The notes beneath the pieces are model-generated. The model saw only the letters and a list, made by a program, of their open reading frames with translations, did no database searches and was not told where the DNA came from. This document shows, one piece after another, positions 43,174 through 54,558 of a DNA stretch of 64,000 nucleotides. This DNA is from Ostreococcus lucimarinus. Its lineage: Eukaryota. Made by a program: the position numbers and the translations under genes. Every line of letters begins with the position of its first letter. Within the stretch, counting starts at the first letter, position 1. The stretch is from assembly GCA_000092065.1 (NCBI GenBank), contig CP000583.1; one strand, written 5' to 3'.

Positions 43174-44538
43174 CTAGTAATGGTCGATCGACATTGCGGA
43201 TGGCGGGGTACTAAGCATGCTAGAACCACCCGGAGAAGCCTGCATCGCGACCGCGCGCTCGCGACGTTGTCCCTTATTGTTCATGTCCTCCATCGCTTCG
43301 AACAGCTCGTTGTGATATTCCACCACGGTGTCGCGCAGTTCTTCGTACGTGCGCATGAGCCCATCCATATCGCGATTGTGCTCGTCCGTCAACTTCTTCA
43401 TCGCAGCCTCGAGCTCGGCGATTTCCTTTTGATTTTCCAACTCCTTTTGGCGCTGGTGACCAGCTCTCGCTGTTCTCGCGGCGAGCTCCTCCTGCGCTGC
43501 TCGCAGCGCAGCCTCCGCGGCGTCTTTCTTGAGCTTACCTTGGGACTCCATGCGAGCCATTTTTTCTTCCATGGCTTGTTTTTGACGTTGTAACTGCTCC
43601 ATCTTCGCGTCCAACTTCCACGTCTCCTCCTCGGCGGTGGAGACTTCTGCTTCGAGCGCCTTGAGTTTCGCCTTTTGTTCTTCGCCTTCTTTTCTGCTCT
43701 GTTCGATCCCTTTCATGACTTCAATCGTCTCGCGCATCTCCCTTTCCATGCTTTGCAAATAGTTGAATTGCTCCTGCAACTGCGCCTCTTCCCGCTGCCT
43801 CTCCGCCGCAAGTTGCTGCTCGGCACCCTCCTGATTCGCCCTGGCCGCTTTCTCGATTTCAAACTGCTCCTTCAGCCGGTTTTCCTCCTCTATCAACGCT
43901 TGAAGCTCGTTTTCAGACGCCAAAGCGCGCGCTTCTATCTCGCTCGCCTCCAAACTCGCGGCTTCGACCTCGAGTTCAAGCTGCGCCACCTCTCGCGCCA
44001 GGGCGTCTGGGTCGTTCTCGTTCACGAACGCCTCCGCCTCCGCAATCTCCGCCTTCAATCGCTCATTCTCCGCTAATGCCTCCAAATACTTTCTTTCTTC
44101 TTCATCCTTCTCCGCCAGCGCCTCTTCGTACTCGATCAATCGCTCTTCGCGAAATTTCGCAAAGTTGATAATCGCGCTCAAATTCCTCCGCGTGCGCCCG
44201 TACTCGGGCTTAAACACATCCTTCAACGAGAAATCCTCGAGCCCCGCCCCGCGCGCTAAATCTTGCATCGCCCTTATGAACGCCAAATTCGGAATCGCCT
44301 CATCATACAGTTCCGGGTAATCCAACTTCGCGTACGCCTCCTCGTCGATCGCCCCCAGCTCCGCCATCGTCGTCCCAAAGAAAATCTCAATCAGCGTCTC
44401 ATACGCCGGTCTCAGTCCATCGTGCGTCGGTTTCAGCAGATCCGTCTCGCTCAGCGGCACGTCCAGTTCGCGCAGGCACGCGAGAATCTCCGTGTTGCTC
44501 AGGATCGGGAACGAATACGTCGTCTGCGCGTGCGCCAT
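43174..44538 (-). CDS. NUF2: Kinetochore protein NUF2 (NDC80 complex)
   Basis: N-terminus TYSFPILSNTEILACLRELDVPLSETDLLKPTHDGLRPAYETLIEIFFG is the Nuf2 calponin-homology head pattern; remainder is a long E/K/A/L coiled coil. Confidence 0.65.
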   Translation of the reverse strand: MAHAQTTYSFPILSNTEILACLRELDVPLSETDLLKPTHDGLRPAYETLIEIFFGTTMAELGAIDEEAYAKLDYPELYDEAIPNLAFIRAMQDLARGAGLEDFSLKDVFKPEYGRTRRNLSAIINFAKFREERLIEYEEALAEKDEEERKYLEALAENERLKAEIAEAEAFVNENDPDALAREVAQLELEVEAASLEASEIEARALASENELQALIEEENRLKEQFEIEKAARANQEGAEQQLAAERQREEAQLQEQFNYLQSMEREMRETIEVMKGIEQSRKEGEEQKAKLKALEAEVSTAEEETWKLDAKMEQLQRQKQAMEEKMARMESQGKLKKDAAEAALRAAQEELAARTARAGHQRQKELENQKEIAELEAAMKKLTDEHNRDMDGLMRTYEELRDTVVEYHNELFEAMEDMNNKGQRRERAVAMQASPGGSSMLSTPPSAMSIDHY

Positions 44539-44755
44539 GGCGCTTCGAGTTCAAACGTTCAAACGCGATCGTTCGTTCGTTCGTTCGCGTTTCGCGCGCG
44601 TCGTCGCGTCTCTCTCGCGTCGACGCGGACTCGCGGACTCGACGCTCGAATCGCGCGTCGCGCGTCGCGTCGTCGCGCGTCGCGGTCGCCGCGTCGTCGT
44701 GTGCGGTGCGACGGTTGGCGCGCGGGCGCCATCGGGCGACGCGCGACCGCGCGCG

Positions 44756-45856
44756 ATGTCCGTCGAAGACGCCGACGCGCGCGCCGACGACGATGCGAAC
44801 GTCGCGTCGATGGGCGACGCGAGCGCGGCGGCGACGAGGAAAACGCCGCTGAACGCGGAGCAAAAGCGCGCGCTCGTGGACCAGCTCGAATTTTACTTTG
44901 GCGACGCCAACGTCGTGACGGACGCGCATCTGCGAGGGATGATGGACTCGAACGACGATGGGTGGGTGTCGCTCGCGGAGGTGTGCGCGTTTAATCGCAT
45001 GCGGGCGAAGCTGAAGAAACGTCGGTGGGAGGACGTCGCGGCGAACGCCGTTCGCGAGCTCGGGTCCAGCGTCGTCGAAGTATCCGAAGACGGCTGTAGC
45101 ATAAGAAGATTGGAGCCGGTGCCGGATTTCGACGTGGAGGAGATACAGTCTAGGACGGTGGTTGTGGAGAACGCGCGGGAGTTTACGGTGGCGGCGTTGA
45201 GAGCGGAATTCGAGACGTGCGGGGAGGTGCTAAACGTGCGCGTGCGGCAGCCGGGCGGGAAGAAGTGCGACGTGGAAAAGCCGCGCGGGTTAGATTTAAT
45301 CGTGGCGAATTCGAATTCGAATCGCGCGCACGCGTTGGTTGAGTTTAGTTGCATCGCCGAAGCGCAAGGGGCAGTGACGAGGTTGGACAATCCTACCGAC
45401 TGGCGAAATGGTATGCGCGTGCGCGTGTTGCTCAAGCCGGGCCAGAAGAAAAAAGCGAAAAAAGTTCAGAAGGACCCCCCCGCGGCGCTCGAGGATGGCG
45501 GTGACGGAGAGAAAGCAGATGGTGAGGGCGATGAGGGTGATGGAGAGAAAGCGGAGGGCGAGGCCACAACGAAAAAGTCCAAGAAGAAGAAGAAATCCAA
45601 GCCTGATTATTCCAAATGGGCCTCCGCCGCCGCTTTCCGCGAGAACAAGATGACGATCACCAGCCTCGGCGGCGATGACGAAGCGACGGATGGTAACTCG
45701 GGAGAATCACTCGAGGACGCGCTTCCCAAAAAGTTGGTTTTGACGCCGCGAAGTCCAACCATGCCAGACGGCTCGCCAGGCTTCACACGAAAGCGAACGG
45801 TCACTCCAACGATAGACATCGCCAAAGAAGCCCACGATAATGGCGGCGGTGAATAG
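44756..45856 (+). CDS. La-motif + RRM protein (genuine La / LARP7-type)
   Basis: La motif QKRALVDQLEFYFGDANVVTDAHLRGMMDSNDDGWVSLAEVCAFNRMRAKL; RRM TVVVENAREFTVAALRAEFETCGEVLNVRV...; lysine-rich tail. Confidence 0.65.
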   Translation: MSVEDADARADDDANVASMGDASAAATRKTPLNAEQKRALVDQLEFYFGDANVVTDAHLRGMMDSNDDGWVSLAEVCAFNRMRAKLKKRRWEDVAANAVRELGSSVVEVSEDGCSIRRLEPVPDFDVEEIQSRTVVVENAREFTVAALRAEFETCGEVLNVRVRQPGGKKCDVEKPRGLDLIVANSNSNRAHALVEFSCIAEAQGAVTRLDNPTDWRNGMRVRVLLKPGQKKKAKKVQKDPPAALEDGGDGEKADGEGDEGDGEKAEGEATTKKSKKKKKSKPDYSKWASAAAFRENKMTITSLGGDDEATDGNSGESLEDALPKKLVLTPRSPTMPDGSPGFTRKRTVTPTIDIAKEAHDNGGGE

Positions 45857-45906
45857 ATTCGATGCTATAATATTCGACATAGGTTTACAAGGCGGTAAAT
45901 TAACAC

Positions 45907-46968
45907 TTAGCCGACGTTAGCGTCAGTGAGTGAAGCGCACGTGCACTGACCCGCGCTCGTCAGCATCGGTAGCCCGTTCCAATTCGCTCCTTTCGTCGCA
46001 TCCGTCTTCAAATCTTTTTGAACACCCTCCCATATCTTCTTTTTCGCAACTTTATTGACGCCGTGCGGCTCGATATTCTCCGCGCCATCCCATGTGATGC
46101 GTTCGCCTGGCACGGCGCCTTCCGGAGCGCAGAGCAACTCAACATTTTCGTGCGCTGCATCGGATGCGGCTAAGAGCATACCGTTCGACTTCATCCCAGC
46201 CATATTACGTGGCTTTAAGTTCGCCACGACGATGACGAGTTTGCCTAAAACGTCGTCTTTGCTCATGTATGGCGCTAAACCAGAGCAAATGAGACGCGGT
46301 TCGTCCTCTCCGCACTCGACCATCTCAACGTATAGTTTCTCACTCTCGGGATGATTTTCTACGCTCAACACCTTACCAACCTTAAGTTCCATTCCGAGCA
46401 ACTCCTCATTCGGCGTCACAGCGGACGACGCCGATGCAGTCGTCGTCGTCGACGGTTCGTCGACGCTCGTCGCTCCTGGTCCAAAATCTGTCCCGACGCT
46501 TCCGCCCACCGCCGGTACCTTGATGAATTTCCCGTCCCAGTGCGCGCTCTCTTTCATCATCCTCTCAACGTCTTCAAAATACTCCGGTTCGTCGTCTCGC
46601 ATCCAGTCATCCGCCATGAGCCCCTCCCGTCCCGGCGCCTCGTACTCTTCCGCGTTCGACAAGTCAATCTCTCTCAACTTTCCGAACCATTTCACGATCT
46701 CGTGCACCTTGGGCGTCCAGTCTTCGATTTCCTCGTCCGTGATGTCGATTGCCGCCATCTTCGCCAGCTCGCGCAGGTCTGGGAGCGGCGGGAGCGGCGG
46801 GAGATCGCTCTCTGGGACCCTCTTGACGGACGCGTGAGAACCCTGGAGCGGGGTTGAGTTGGGGTCGAACGCGCGCGCGCGGGACGAACGACGCGTGGCG
46901 CGCGCGCGAAGCGGAGCAAGAAGCAGTTCTGCACGCGCTAACATCGCAGCTAGTCGACGAAGCGTCAA
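45907..46968 (-). CDS. Transit peptide + GatC-like domain + C-terminal EMAPII/Myf-type tRNA-binding (OB-fold) domain
   Basis: GatC-like: AAIDITDEEIEDWTPKVHEIVKWFGKLREIDLSNAEEYEAPGREGLMADDWMRDDEPEYF...GKFIKVPA (GatC Pfam pattern ...LsEEE...l..i...L.evD...ve.......lReDe....f.VP). tRNA-binding: MELKVGKVLSVENHPESEKLYVEMVECGEDEPRLICSGLAPYMSKDDVLGKLVIVVANLKPRNMAGMKSNGMLLAAS. Confidence 0.55.
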   Translation of the reverse strand: MTLRRLAAMLARAELLLAPLRARATRRSSRARAFDPNSTPLQGSHASVKRVPESDLPPLPPLPDLRELAKMAAIDITDEEIEDWTPKVHEIVKWFGKLREIDLSNAEEYEAPGREGLMADDWMRDDEPEYFEDVERMMKESAHWDGKFIKVPAVGGSVGTDFGPGATSVDEPSTTTTASASSAVTPNEELLGMELKVGKVLSVENHPESEKLYVEMVECGEDEPRLICSGLAPYMSKDDVLGKLVIVVANLKPRNMAGMKSNGMLLAASDAAHENVELLCAPEGAVPGERITWDGAENIEPHGVNKVAKKKIWEGVQKDLKTDATKGANWNGLPMLTSAGQCTCASLTDANVG

Positions 46969-47160
46969 AGCGAGGCGCGATGTGCGGCGCGTGAGTGTTT
47001 GTTACCTGCAGGTTTAGACGACGGGACGAACGACGCGCGAGTCAACGACATTTCGCGTCGTGCGAGCGACGTGCGAGCGATTAGACCGTGGCGAGCCGAT
47101 GTGTGAGCGTCATAAATCGTTCGAGAGGCGATAGGTATAATCTGAGACGGTGGTGTTATC

Positions 47161-48322
47161 ATGGTGCGAATCACGCTGGAGCTTTTGCGGCGGCGCGCCG
47201 AACACAACGACGGCGCGCTGTTCACGCTCGAGGAAGTGGCGCTGCATCAGCAAGGCATAGAGCGGTTAGAGGTGCTTCAAGAAGCGTGTCCGAAGCTGAA
47301 AATTGTGTTGCTCCACGATAACTTGATCCCAAAGATAGGTGCGGCGTTCTGGCGCTCGCGTGGTGCGCGCTTGTTGACTGACAGCGAGACGCCACGCTCT
47401 CATAGAAAACGTGCGCAAACTCAAGGCGATGGAGTACTTGAACCTGGCGATGAATAATGTGACGACCATAGAAAACTTGGAGAAATGCGAGTCGCTGGTC
47501 AAGCTTGATCTCACCATGAATTTCATCACGCTCAAAGGGTTGCTGAAACTGGACCGACTCGCGGTCAACCATAGTTTAAGGCAGCTGTTCTTGATGGGGA
47601 ATCCGTGCGCGGATTTCGAAGGATATCGCTCGTTTGTCATCGGAACGTTGCCGCAGCTCACCCACGTCGATGGCACGGACGTCACACACGTAGAGCGAAT
47701 AATCGCAAGGCAGCACTTGCGGCGCATCACTGAAGATTTGGAGAAGGCCGCTGCCGCCGAGACGGCGACGACGGTCAGCGTGGACGAAATCGCGTCAATA
47801 GAACCCGACGCACGTCCGTGGTGCGCGGCGACTCGCATTCTCGATAATGAAGTCAAAATGACCACATCGTCCTCAATGAAACAGCCGCAAAATCATTTCG
47901 ACGACGCCCGTGATGCATTCGATGTACTTCCAGACGACATCGCCGACGTCAAGCAGAAGAATCAAGGCGATTTCGATTTCAAGCTCACCGATTCTGAGGA
48001 TGAAACTTCGATAGAACTCGAGATTAAAGTCGGTACCATCATCGACACCTCACTCATCCACGTCGATATTCATCCAAAGTTGGTGCGCGTGAAAATCAAA
48101 GGCGAGTTGTTGCAGCTGAAGCTCTCGCACGAAGTGGCCACAGACGCGAGCGTCGCCGAACGCTCAAAAGCGACGGGCAAGCTTCTGATCACAATGCCTA
48201 AACTAAACTGGCATTTGAAACCTAAATCAGTCGTAAGGGGAGACCCAAAAATCCGAGATCATCACGCAAGAGTGACCTACCACCGCGCGGAGAACGACGA
48301 ACCGCCCGATGTGATTTGCTAA
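47161..48322 (+). CDS. LRRC6: TilB/LRRC6 (Seahorse) homolog, axonemal dynein-arm assembly factor with LRR + LRRcap + CS domain; 2 exons, intron 47339..47405 (67 nt)
   Basis: MVRITLELLRRRAEHNDGALFTLEEVALHQQGIERLEVLQEACPKLKIVLLHDNLIPKI|ENVRKLKAMEYLNLAMNNVTTIENLEKCESLVKLDLTMNFI...LFLMGNPCADFEGYRSFVIGTLPQLTHVDG is near-colinear with human LRRC6; CS domain IIDTSLIHVDIHPKLVRVKIKGELLQLKL. ORFs 47161..47457 and 47411..48322 are joined by a phase-1 intron (ag|GT...catag). Confidence 0.8.
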
Positions 48323-48338
48323 GCGATTCGCCGGCGCG

Positions 48339-49052
48339 TCATTTGGGTAAATCTCGGAGTGGCGCGCGGCGCACTCGCGGTTCGTTGAATGATCTATCCA
48401 CGCCTTCGTGCGTGTGCTCAAACCTTCCTAGTGGGATGATCGTCTTGCCGTACTGTTCATTTATCAGCTCACCGGCGCCGGCGTAAAACGCTATGATGGA
48501 GACGCCCACGCCGAACAACGACGCGACGAGTTTAAGAGCAGAGCTTCCCGAATCCTTCGCCCCACCGAGCAGGAAAAACAGTGCCGCGAGGGTGAAAAAC
48601 AGCGAACTTATCGCAACGTTCGTGTTCAACGACGCACAGAAGAGCACAAGAGTGAGAAATCCCCACATGAACAACATGGCTTCTTCGGCGACTTTATCGC
48701 GAGGGATGACGGCTTCATACGCCAACACTTCGTACGTCCCGTATGAAAGCCAAAATCCGCCGTACGACGCGAACGCCACGGCGCTGAAACTTTGTCCTCG
48801 AAGTGCAGAAAGGATACCCGCGAGAAGTTGGACTAAGCCACCGAATCCAAAGGCGAACCCGATGGTCACGCCCACGGCGCCGTCGTCCGAGGCGCCCACG
48901 CGAAGCTCCTTCACACTCAGCATAGCTGTCGTCAATGCGAACGCCCACAGACCGAGCGTGCCGACGTTAGCGATCGGTGGTTTCATCGTCATCGTTTGCA
49001 TCCTCTCAAGAGCATCTAGGCGTTTTTCGATGTTTCTGACGTTAGCGTCCAT
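48339..49052 (-). CDS. GPR1/FUN34/YaaH (AceTr) family acetate/succinate channel
   Basis: ANVGTLGLWAFALTT (NPAPLGL-type motif), AFASYGGFWLSYG (SYG-FWLS motif), 6 TM segments. Confidence 0.8.
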   Translation of the reverse strand: MDANVRNIEKRLDALERMQTMTMKPPIANVGTLGLWAFALTTAMLSVKELRVGASDDGAVGVTIGFAFGFGGLVQLLAGILSALRGQSFSAVAFASYGGFWLSYGTYEVLAYEAVIPRDKVAEEAMLFMWGFLTLVLFCASLNTNVAISSLFFTLAALFFLLGGAKDSGSSALKLVASLFGVGVSIIAFYAGAGELINEQYGKTIIPLGRFEHTHEGVDRSFNEPRVRRAPLRDLPK

Positions 49053-49127
49053 GATGGACCTGCGAGTCTGCGTGTGAAGGAGAAGTATCGTAGTCGCAAC
49101 GACGACGCTGGTTTTACAATCATCTAT

Positions 49128-50111
49128 CTACTCTGGATCCGGGAGTTCCGCTAGCAAGCTCAAGAGCATGGATCGCTCAGATTGAAACGACTCGTCTTCG
49201 CGCGTGGTTTGGAAATCTTCGAGGTAGGTGATGAGCTTGGCTTTGTTCTTGGACAAAATCATCGCCACCGACGCGGGTTTGTCGGGATTTGCGACAAACA
49301 CCTTGAAGATGTGAAACGCTTCAAACTGAATCGATTTCGATTCATCTCGCATCAAATTCATCATTAAGCACAGGTTTTCAACTTCCGCGACGTATTTCAG
49401 CATCACGGTCACGTTCGCGCTGTCGAGCAAGAGTTCGCCGAGCAGTTTGAGCGCCTGTCGGCGAGTGACGTAGTTACCCTTTTCCAAAAGATCCGTGTAC
49501 GCCTTGACGAACCTCTCGTAATTCGCGTTCAAGAACTCCGCCGCCACGTCTTTATGTCTCGTCAACGCCTCTCGAAACGTCGCCATCGCATCGCTCGCGA
49601 TTTCAAACGTTTCCAACTGCATGTACTCGAACATTTTCCAAAAGTTTTCCCCGTACAAAATCTTTCGCACCAGCGTCTCGTTCCTACACATATCCCTCAG
49701 CATCGCCCCGAACGTCAACGCCACGTCCGAGTTTTCGTACCCTCGCGCGATCGCCTCCAAAACCTCCGGGTTCTCGCTCAGATCCTCCACCACGACGTCG
49801 TGTCCCCGCACCGACGTGCGCACGATGCAATTAAAAACCGTCGCCGCGTCCTTCCTCGTCTCGAACGGCAGATGCGGCAGGTGCGAGACGATCTGCGCCA
49901 CCAGTCCGCACGCATTCGCCTTCACCACGAGCGTCTCGCACGCTTGCTGCGCCGACGCATCGCCGCTCAGCAACAGCGCTCGCATCTCTCCAAAGTACTT
50001 GCTCACGCTCTCCACATCCTTGGCGCTCGTGCGATCGACGCGCAGGCGCTCGAGGGCGGCGTGCGACTTCGTGACGAGCTCTTCGGGCGTGCGGACCTTT
50101 TTGCCGAACAT
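49128..50111 (-). CDS. CAB39: MO25 / calcium-binding protein 39 (CAB39) scaffold of the STRAD-LKB1 complex
   Basis: MFGKKVRTPEELV start and colinear ARM-like repeats (RDMCRNETLVRKILYGENFWKMFEYMQLETFEIASDAMATFREALTRHK, LLGELLLD, LMMNLMRD.SKSIQFEAFHIFKVFVANP) typical of Mo25. Confidence 0.85.
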   Translation of the reverse strand: MFGKKVRTPEELVTKSHAALERLRVDRTSAKDVESVSKYFGEMRALLLSGDASAQQACETLVVKANACGLVAQIVSHLPHLPFETRKDAATVFNCIVRTSVRGHDVVVEDLSENPEVLEAIARGYENSDVALTFGAMLRDMCRNETLVRKILYGENFWKMFEYMQLETFEIASDAMATFREALTRHKDVAAEFLNANYERFVKAYTDLLEKGNYVTRRQALKLLGELLLDSANVTVMLKYVAEVENLCLMMNLMRDESKSIQFEAFHIFKVFVANPDKPASVAMILSKNKAKLITYLEDFQTTREDESFQSERSMLLSLLAELPDPE

Positions 50112-50197
50112 CGCGACGCGCGCGCGACGCGCGAAGCTCTGTGCGGGCGACGCGTGTCCTCGGCACCCGCAGGCGCGTCACAATCAGCCGCGGTACC

Positions 50198-50767
50198 ATG
50201 CGACCGAGTCTGTTGACGTCCGATCGCGCCCAACACAGCGCCGCGCGCCTATCCCGCGCCCGCGACGCCGTCGCGCGCCAGCGCGCGGCGTTCCAGAGGT
50301 TTCAAACGACGCGCGGAAGCGATGGATTCGCATCGACGTCGTCGCGCGAATCGCCCGCGTGTAGCGCCGTGCGCGAATCCACGCGCACGCGCGCGACGCC
50401 GAAAGACACCAACGTGTTCATCGAATCGTTCTTCGACCTCGCGGACACCGTCGCTGGCGGACGCGAAGGCCCCGGGTTCTCCAAGCTCGCCGAGCGCATC
50501 GGCGACGACGTCTACGTCCAAGTCAACGCGTGGCGACTCTACACGCGCGACATGAAATTCCACGACGGCTTGGCCAAGGTATTCGCGGTGAAAATCGCAC
50601 AAAACAGCAATAAAATCGACGACGCGGTGATCGACGAAGTCTTAGGCGTCGTTCGCGTGCCTTTGGGGGGCGGGAAATCCGACGTCCCGCTCGGCGATTT
50701 GTGCCCGTCGCCGAGCGTGAACAATTTGAAGAACATCTTGCGCGATTACGTGGACGATCGTCTGTGA
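50198..50767 (+). CDS. Hypothetical small protein with organellar-type N-terminal targeting peptide
   Basis: ORF 50141..50767; Arg/Ser-rich N-terminus, then a non-repetitive region (DTNVFIESFFDLADTVAGG...YVQVNAWRLYTRDMKFHDGLAKVFAVKIAQNSNKIDDAVIDEVLGVVRVPLGGG). No family recognised; start chosen at MRPSLL so as not to abut MO25. Confidence 0.3.
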   Translation: MRPSLLTSDRAQHSAARLSRARDAVARQRAAFQRFQTTRGSDGFASTSSRESPACSAVRESTRTRATPKDTNVFIESFFDLADTVAGGREGPGFSKLAERIGDDVYVQVNAWRLYTRDMKFHDGLAKVFAVKIAQNSNKIDDAVIDEVLGVVRVPLGGGKSDVPLGDLCPSPSVNNLKNILRDYVDDRL

Positions 50768-50927
50768 TGCCGACGCGCATTTTCCGACGGCTTCATCCGT
50801 CCGTCCGCGCGTTCGTTCGTTCGAGCGCGCGCTCTTTAGTTATCATCAATAGACAGCCAACCTGCAGCTAATCCGCCGACCGCCCCCGCGCTCTATCTGA
50901 TCCACTTCCCGAGTCCCTTTTTTCTGA

Positions 50928-52739
<1,812 letters not shown>

Positions 52740-52878
52740 ACATCTTTCCCGTCTCTTATCGTTGCGATCGTAGGGTGACTTCTAGAGTCCTGGATTAATC
52801 TCATTTATCAACTGTCTGATATCCAAAGCCGCCTCGCCGCGCCGCCGCGCCCGCAGACCTCGACGCCCGCGAGCGGCC

Positions 52879-53679
52879 ATGAGCGACGCCGAGCGTCGCG
52901 CGGACGAAAGAGACGCGTTGAAAGCCATCCTCGGCGTCGACGCCGTCGAATACACCTCCGCGTCGACGATGCGCGTGCGCATAAAAGACGAAGCGTTTTG
53001 GTGCGACGCGTCGTTGCGAACGCCCGACGACTACCCGAGCTCGAGCGCGCTGGACGTGCACGCGGTCGTGAGCGACGCGTTGAATCGTGAGCACGAAGCG
53101 GCGATCGTCGCGCGCGCGAGAGAGGTGGCGCGCGCGAGCGTGGGCGAGGAAAGCGCGTACGCCGTCGTCGCCGAGTTGGAGCAAAGTTTCAAGGAAGTCT
53201 TGGCGGAGGCGCGGGCGGCACGCGAGAGCGCGCGGACGACGACGACGGTCGAGGAGGACTATCACGCCGTCGTGCGCATCGATCACATGAACGATTCGGT
53301 TGGATATGTGAAATTGCTCAAGAAATGGTGCGAAGGGGAAGGCTTGGGCGCGCGCGCGCTTCACAAGCCGGCGACGGCGTCGGGTCGGATCGAGGGCGTG
53401 TTCGTCGCGTTATCCGGCCCGAATGACGGCATCAAATCGTTTTTGCAACGACTGCGCACCGAGCTCGTGGACGTGGATTCGAAGGGCGTCCGGTGTCGCG
53501 AACGCAAAGCGACGACTTTGTGTCACCGCAAGCGCAGCACGGTGAAACCTGGCGAGCGCGCCGTGGAATCGTTCCATGGATTCGAGTTGATTCCGTACGA
53601 CACGGAGGGACAGCTCGAGGACGCGCTCGCGAAGCTCAACCTCTTGCACGTCGGCGACGGCGCGAGCCGATTCGCTTAG
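52879..53679 (+). CDS. RWD-domain protein (RWDD2-like: N-terminal RWD + C-terminal DUF1115-like region)
   Basis: RWD-like start ERRADERDALKAILGVDAVEY...; C-terminal VVRIDHMNDSVGYVKLLKKWCEGEGLGARALHKPATASGRIEGVFVALSGPNDGIKSFLQRLRT. Confidence 0.45.
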   Translation: MSDAERRADERDALKAILGVDAVEYTSASTMRVRIKDEAFWCDASLRTPDDYPSSSALDVHAVVSDALNREHEAAIVARAREVARASVGEESAYAVVAELEQSFKEVLAEARAARESARTTTTVEEDYHAVVRIDHMNDSVGYVKLLKKWCEGEGLGARALHKPATASGRIEGVFVALSGPNDGIKSFLQRLRTELVDVDSKGVRCRERKATTLCHRKRSTVKPGERAVESFHGFELIPYDTEGQLEDALAKLNLLHVGDGASRFA

Positions 53680-54287
53680 AAGATATAGCCAACGTAGTAA
53701 TACATCGCCGGCGACGGATGTCGATCCGGACGACGTCGTCATCGCCGTCGCGTCGCGCGCCCGCGCGACCGTCGCGCCCCGTGTCTCTCACCTCACATCG
53801 TTCAAACCTAAATCCTTCCACGTCTCGTCTTCGTTTCCTCCCGTCCCGCCGTCCTCTGTCGCGAAAACCGAACCGTCGTCGTCGTCGTCTCGTCAGTCGT
53901 TCGCCTCGAACGCGCGCGCGTCGTCCGCGCGCCTCGTCCGCCCCACTCCACGCACCGTTCCCCTCCTCCGCGTCGTCCACCGGCGCCGCCATCTCCGCGT
54001 TCAACCGCACCGCTGCGCGCGCCGTCGTCCATCGTTCGCCTCGTCAGTCGCCGTCGCCTTTTTCCGCGTCGCCGTCGTCTCGCGTTTTTCACGCGCGCCC
54101 GCGCGTTTCGTCCCCGGTCCCGACGCACCGTCGTCCGGCAGCGCGTCGTTCGCCCACGCGTCGTCGACGACGTCGATCGCGCGCCAGTCCGCGCGCACCG
54201 CGCCGTCCTCCATCGTCGTCGTCTGTCGCGCGTGCGACGCGATTCGTTGCGACGCCGCGCGCGTGTTTTGAAAAACGCGCGAAACAT

Positions 54288-54460
54288 ACCACCGAGGGCG
54301 GACCCGAGATAGCACTATAACGGATCCGAATACCACTAAAGCGGCCCCGAACCGGAAAAATTTATATATCGCCCCTTTAGAGAGTACCTACACACATGAC
54401 GAGTCATGAACCGTGGATATATACGTATTTTACACCGAACCACTTAAAGCGGACCCAAAA
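54288..54460. repeat. Low-GC island with three copies of an about 22-bp motif (ACCACTAAAGCGGCCCCGAACC / ACCACTTAAAGCGGACCCAAAA / ACCACCGAGGGCGGACCCGAG)
   Basis: Read directly at 54288-54310, 54334-54355, 54439-54460; the surrounding sequence is AT-richer than the window average. Confidence 0.5.
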
Positions 54461-54465
54461 AATGC

Positions 54466-54530
54466 GGTCGGTCGGTCGGTCGGTCGGTCGGTCGGTCGGT
54501 CGGTCGGTCGGTCGGTCGGTCGGTCGGTCG
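54466..54530. repeat. (GGTC)n microsatellite, about 16 units
   Basis: gcGGTCGGTCGGTC...GGTCGccgcg read directly; spurious ORFs on both strands encode (SVGR)n/(PTDR)n. Confidence 0.95.
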
Positions 54531-54558
54531 CCGCGTGGGGGCCTCGCGCGCGATGATT

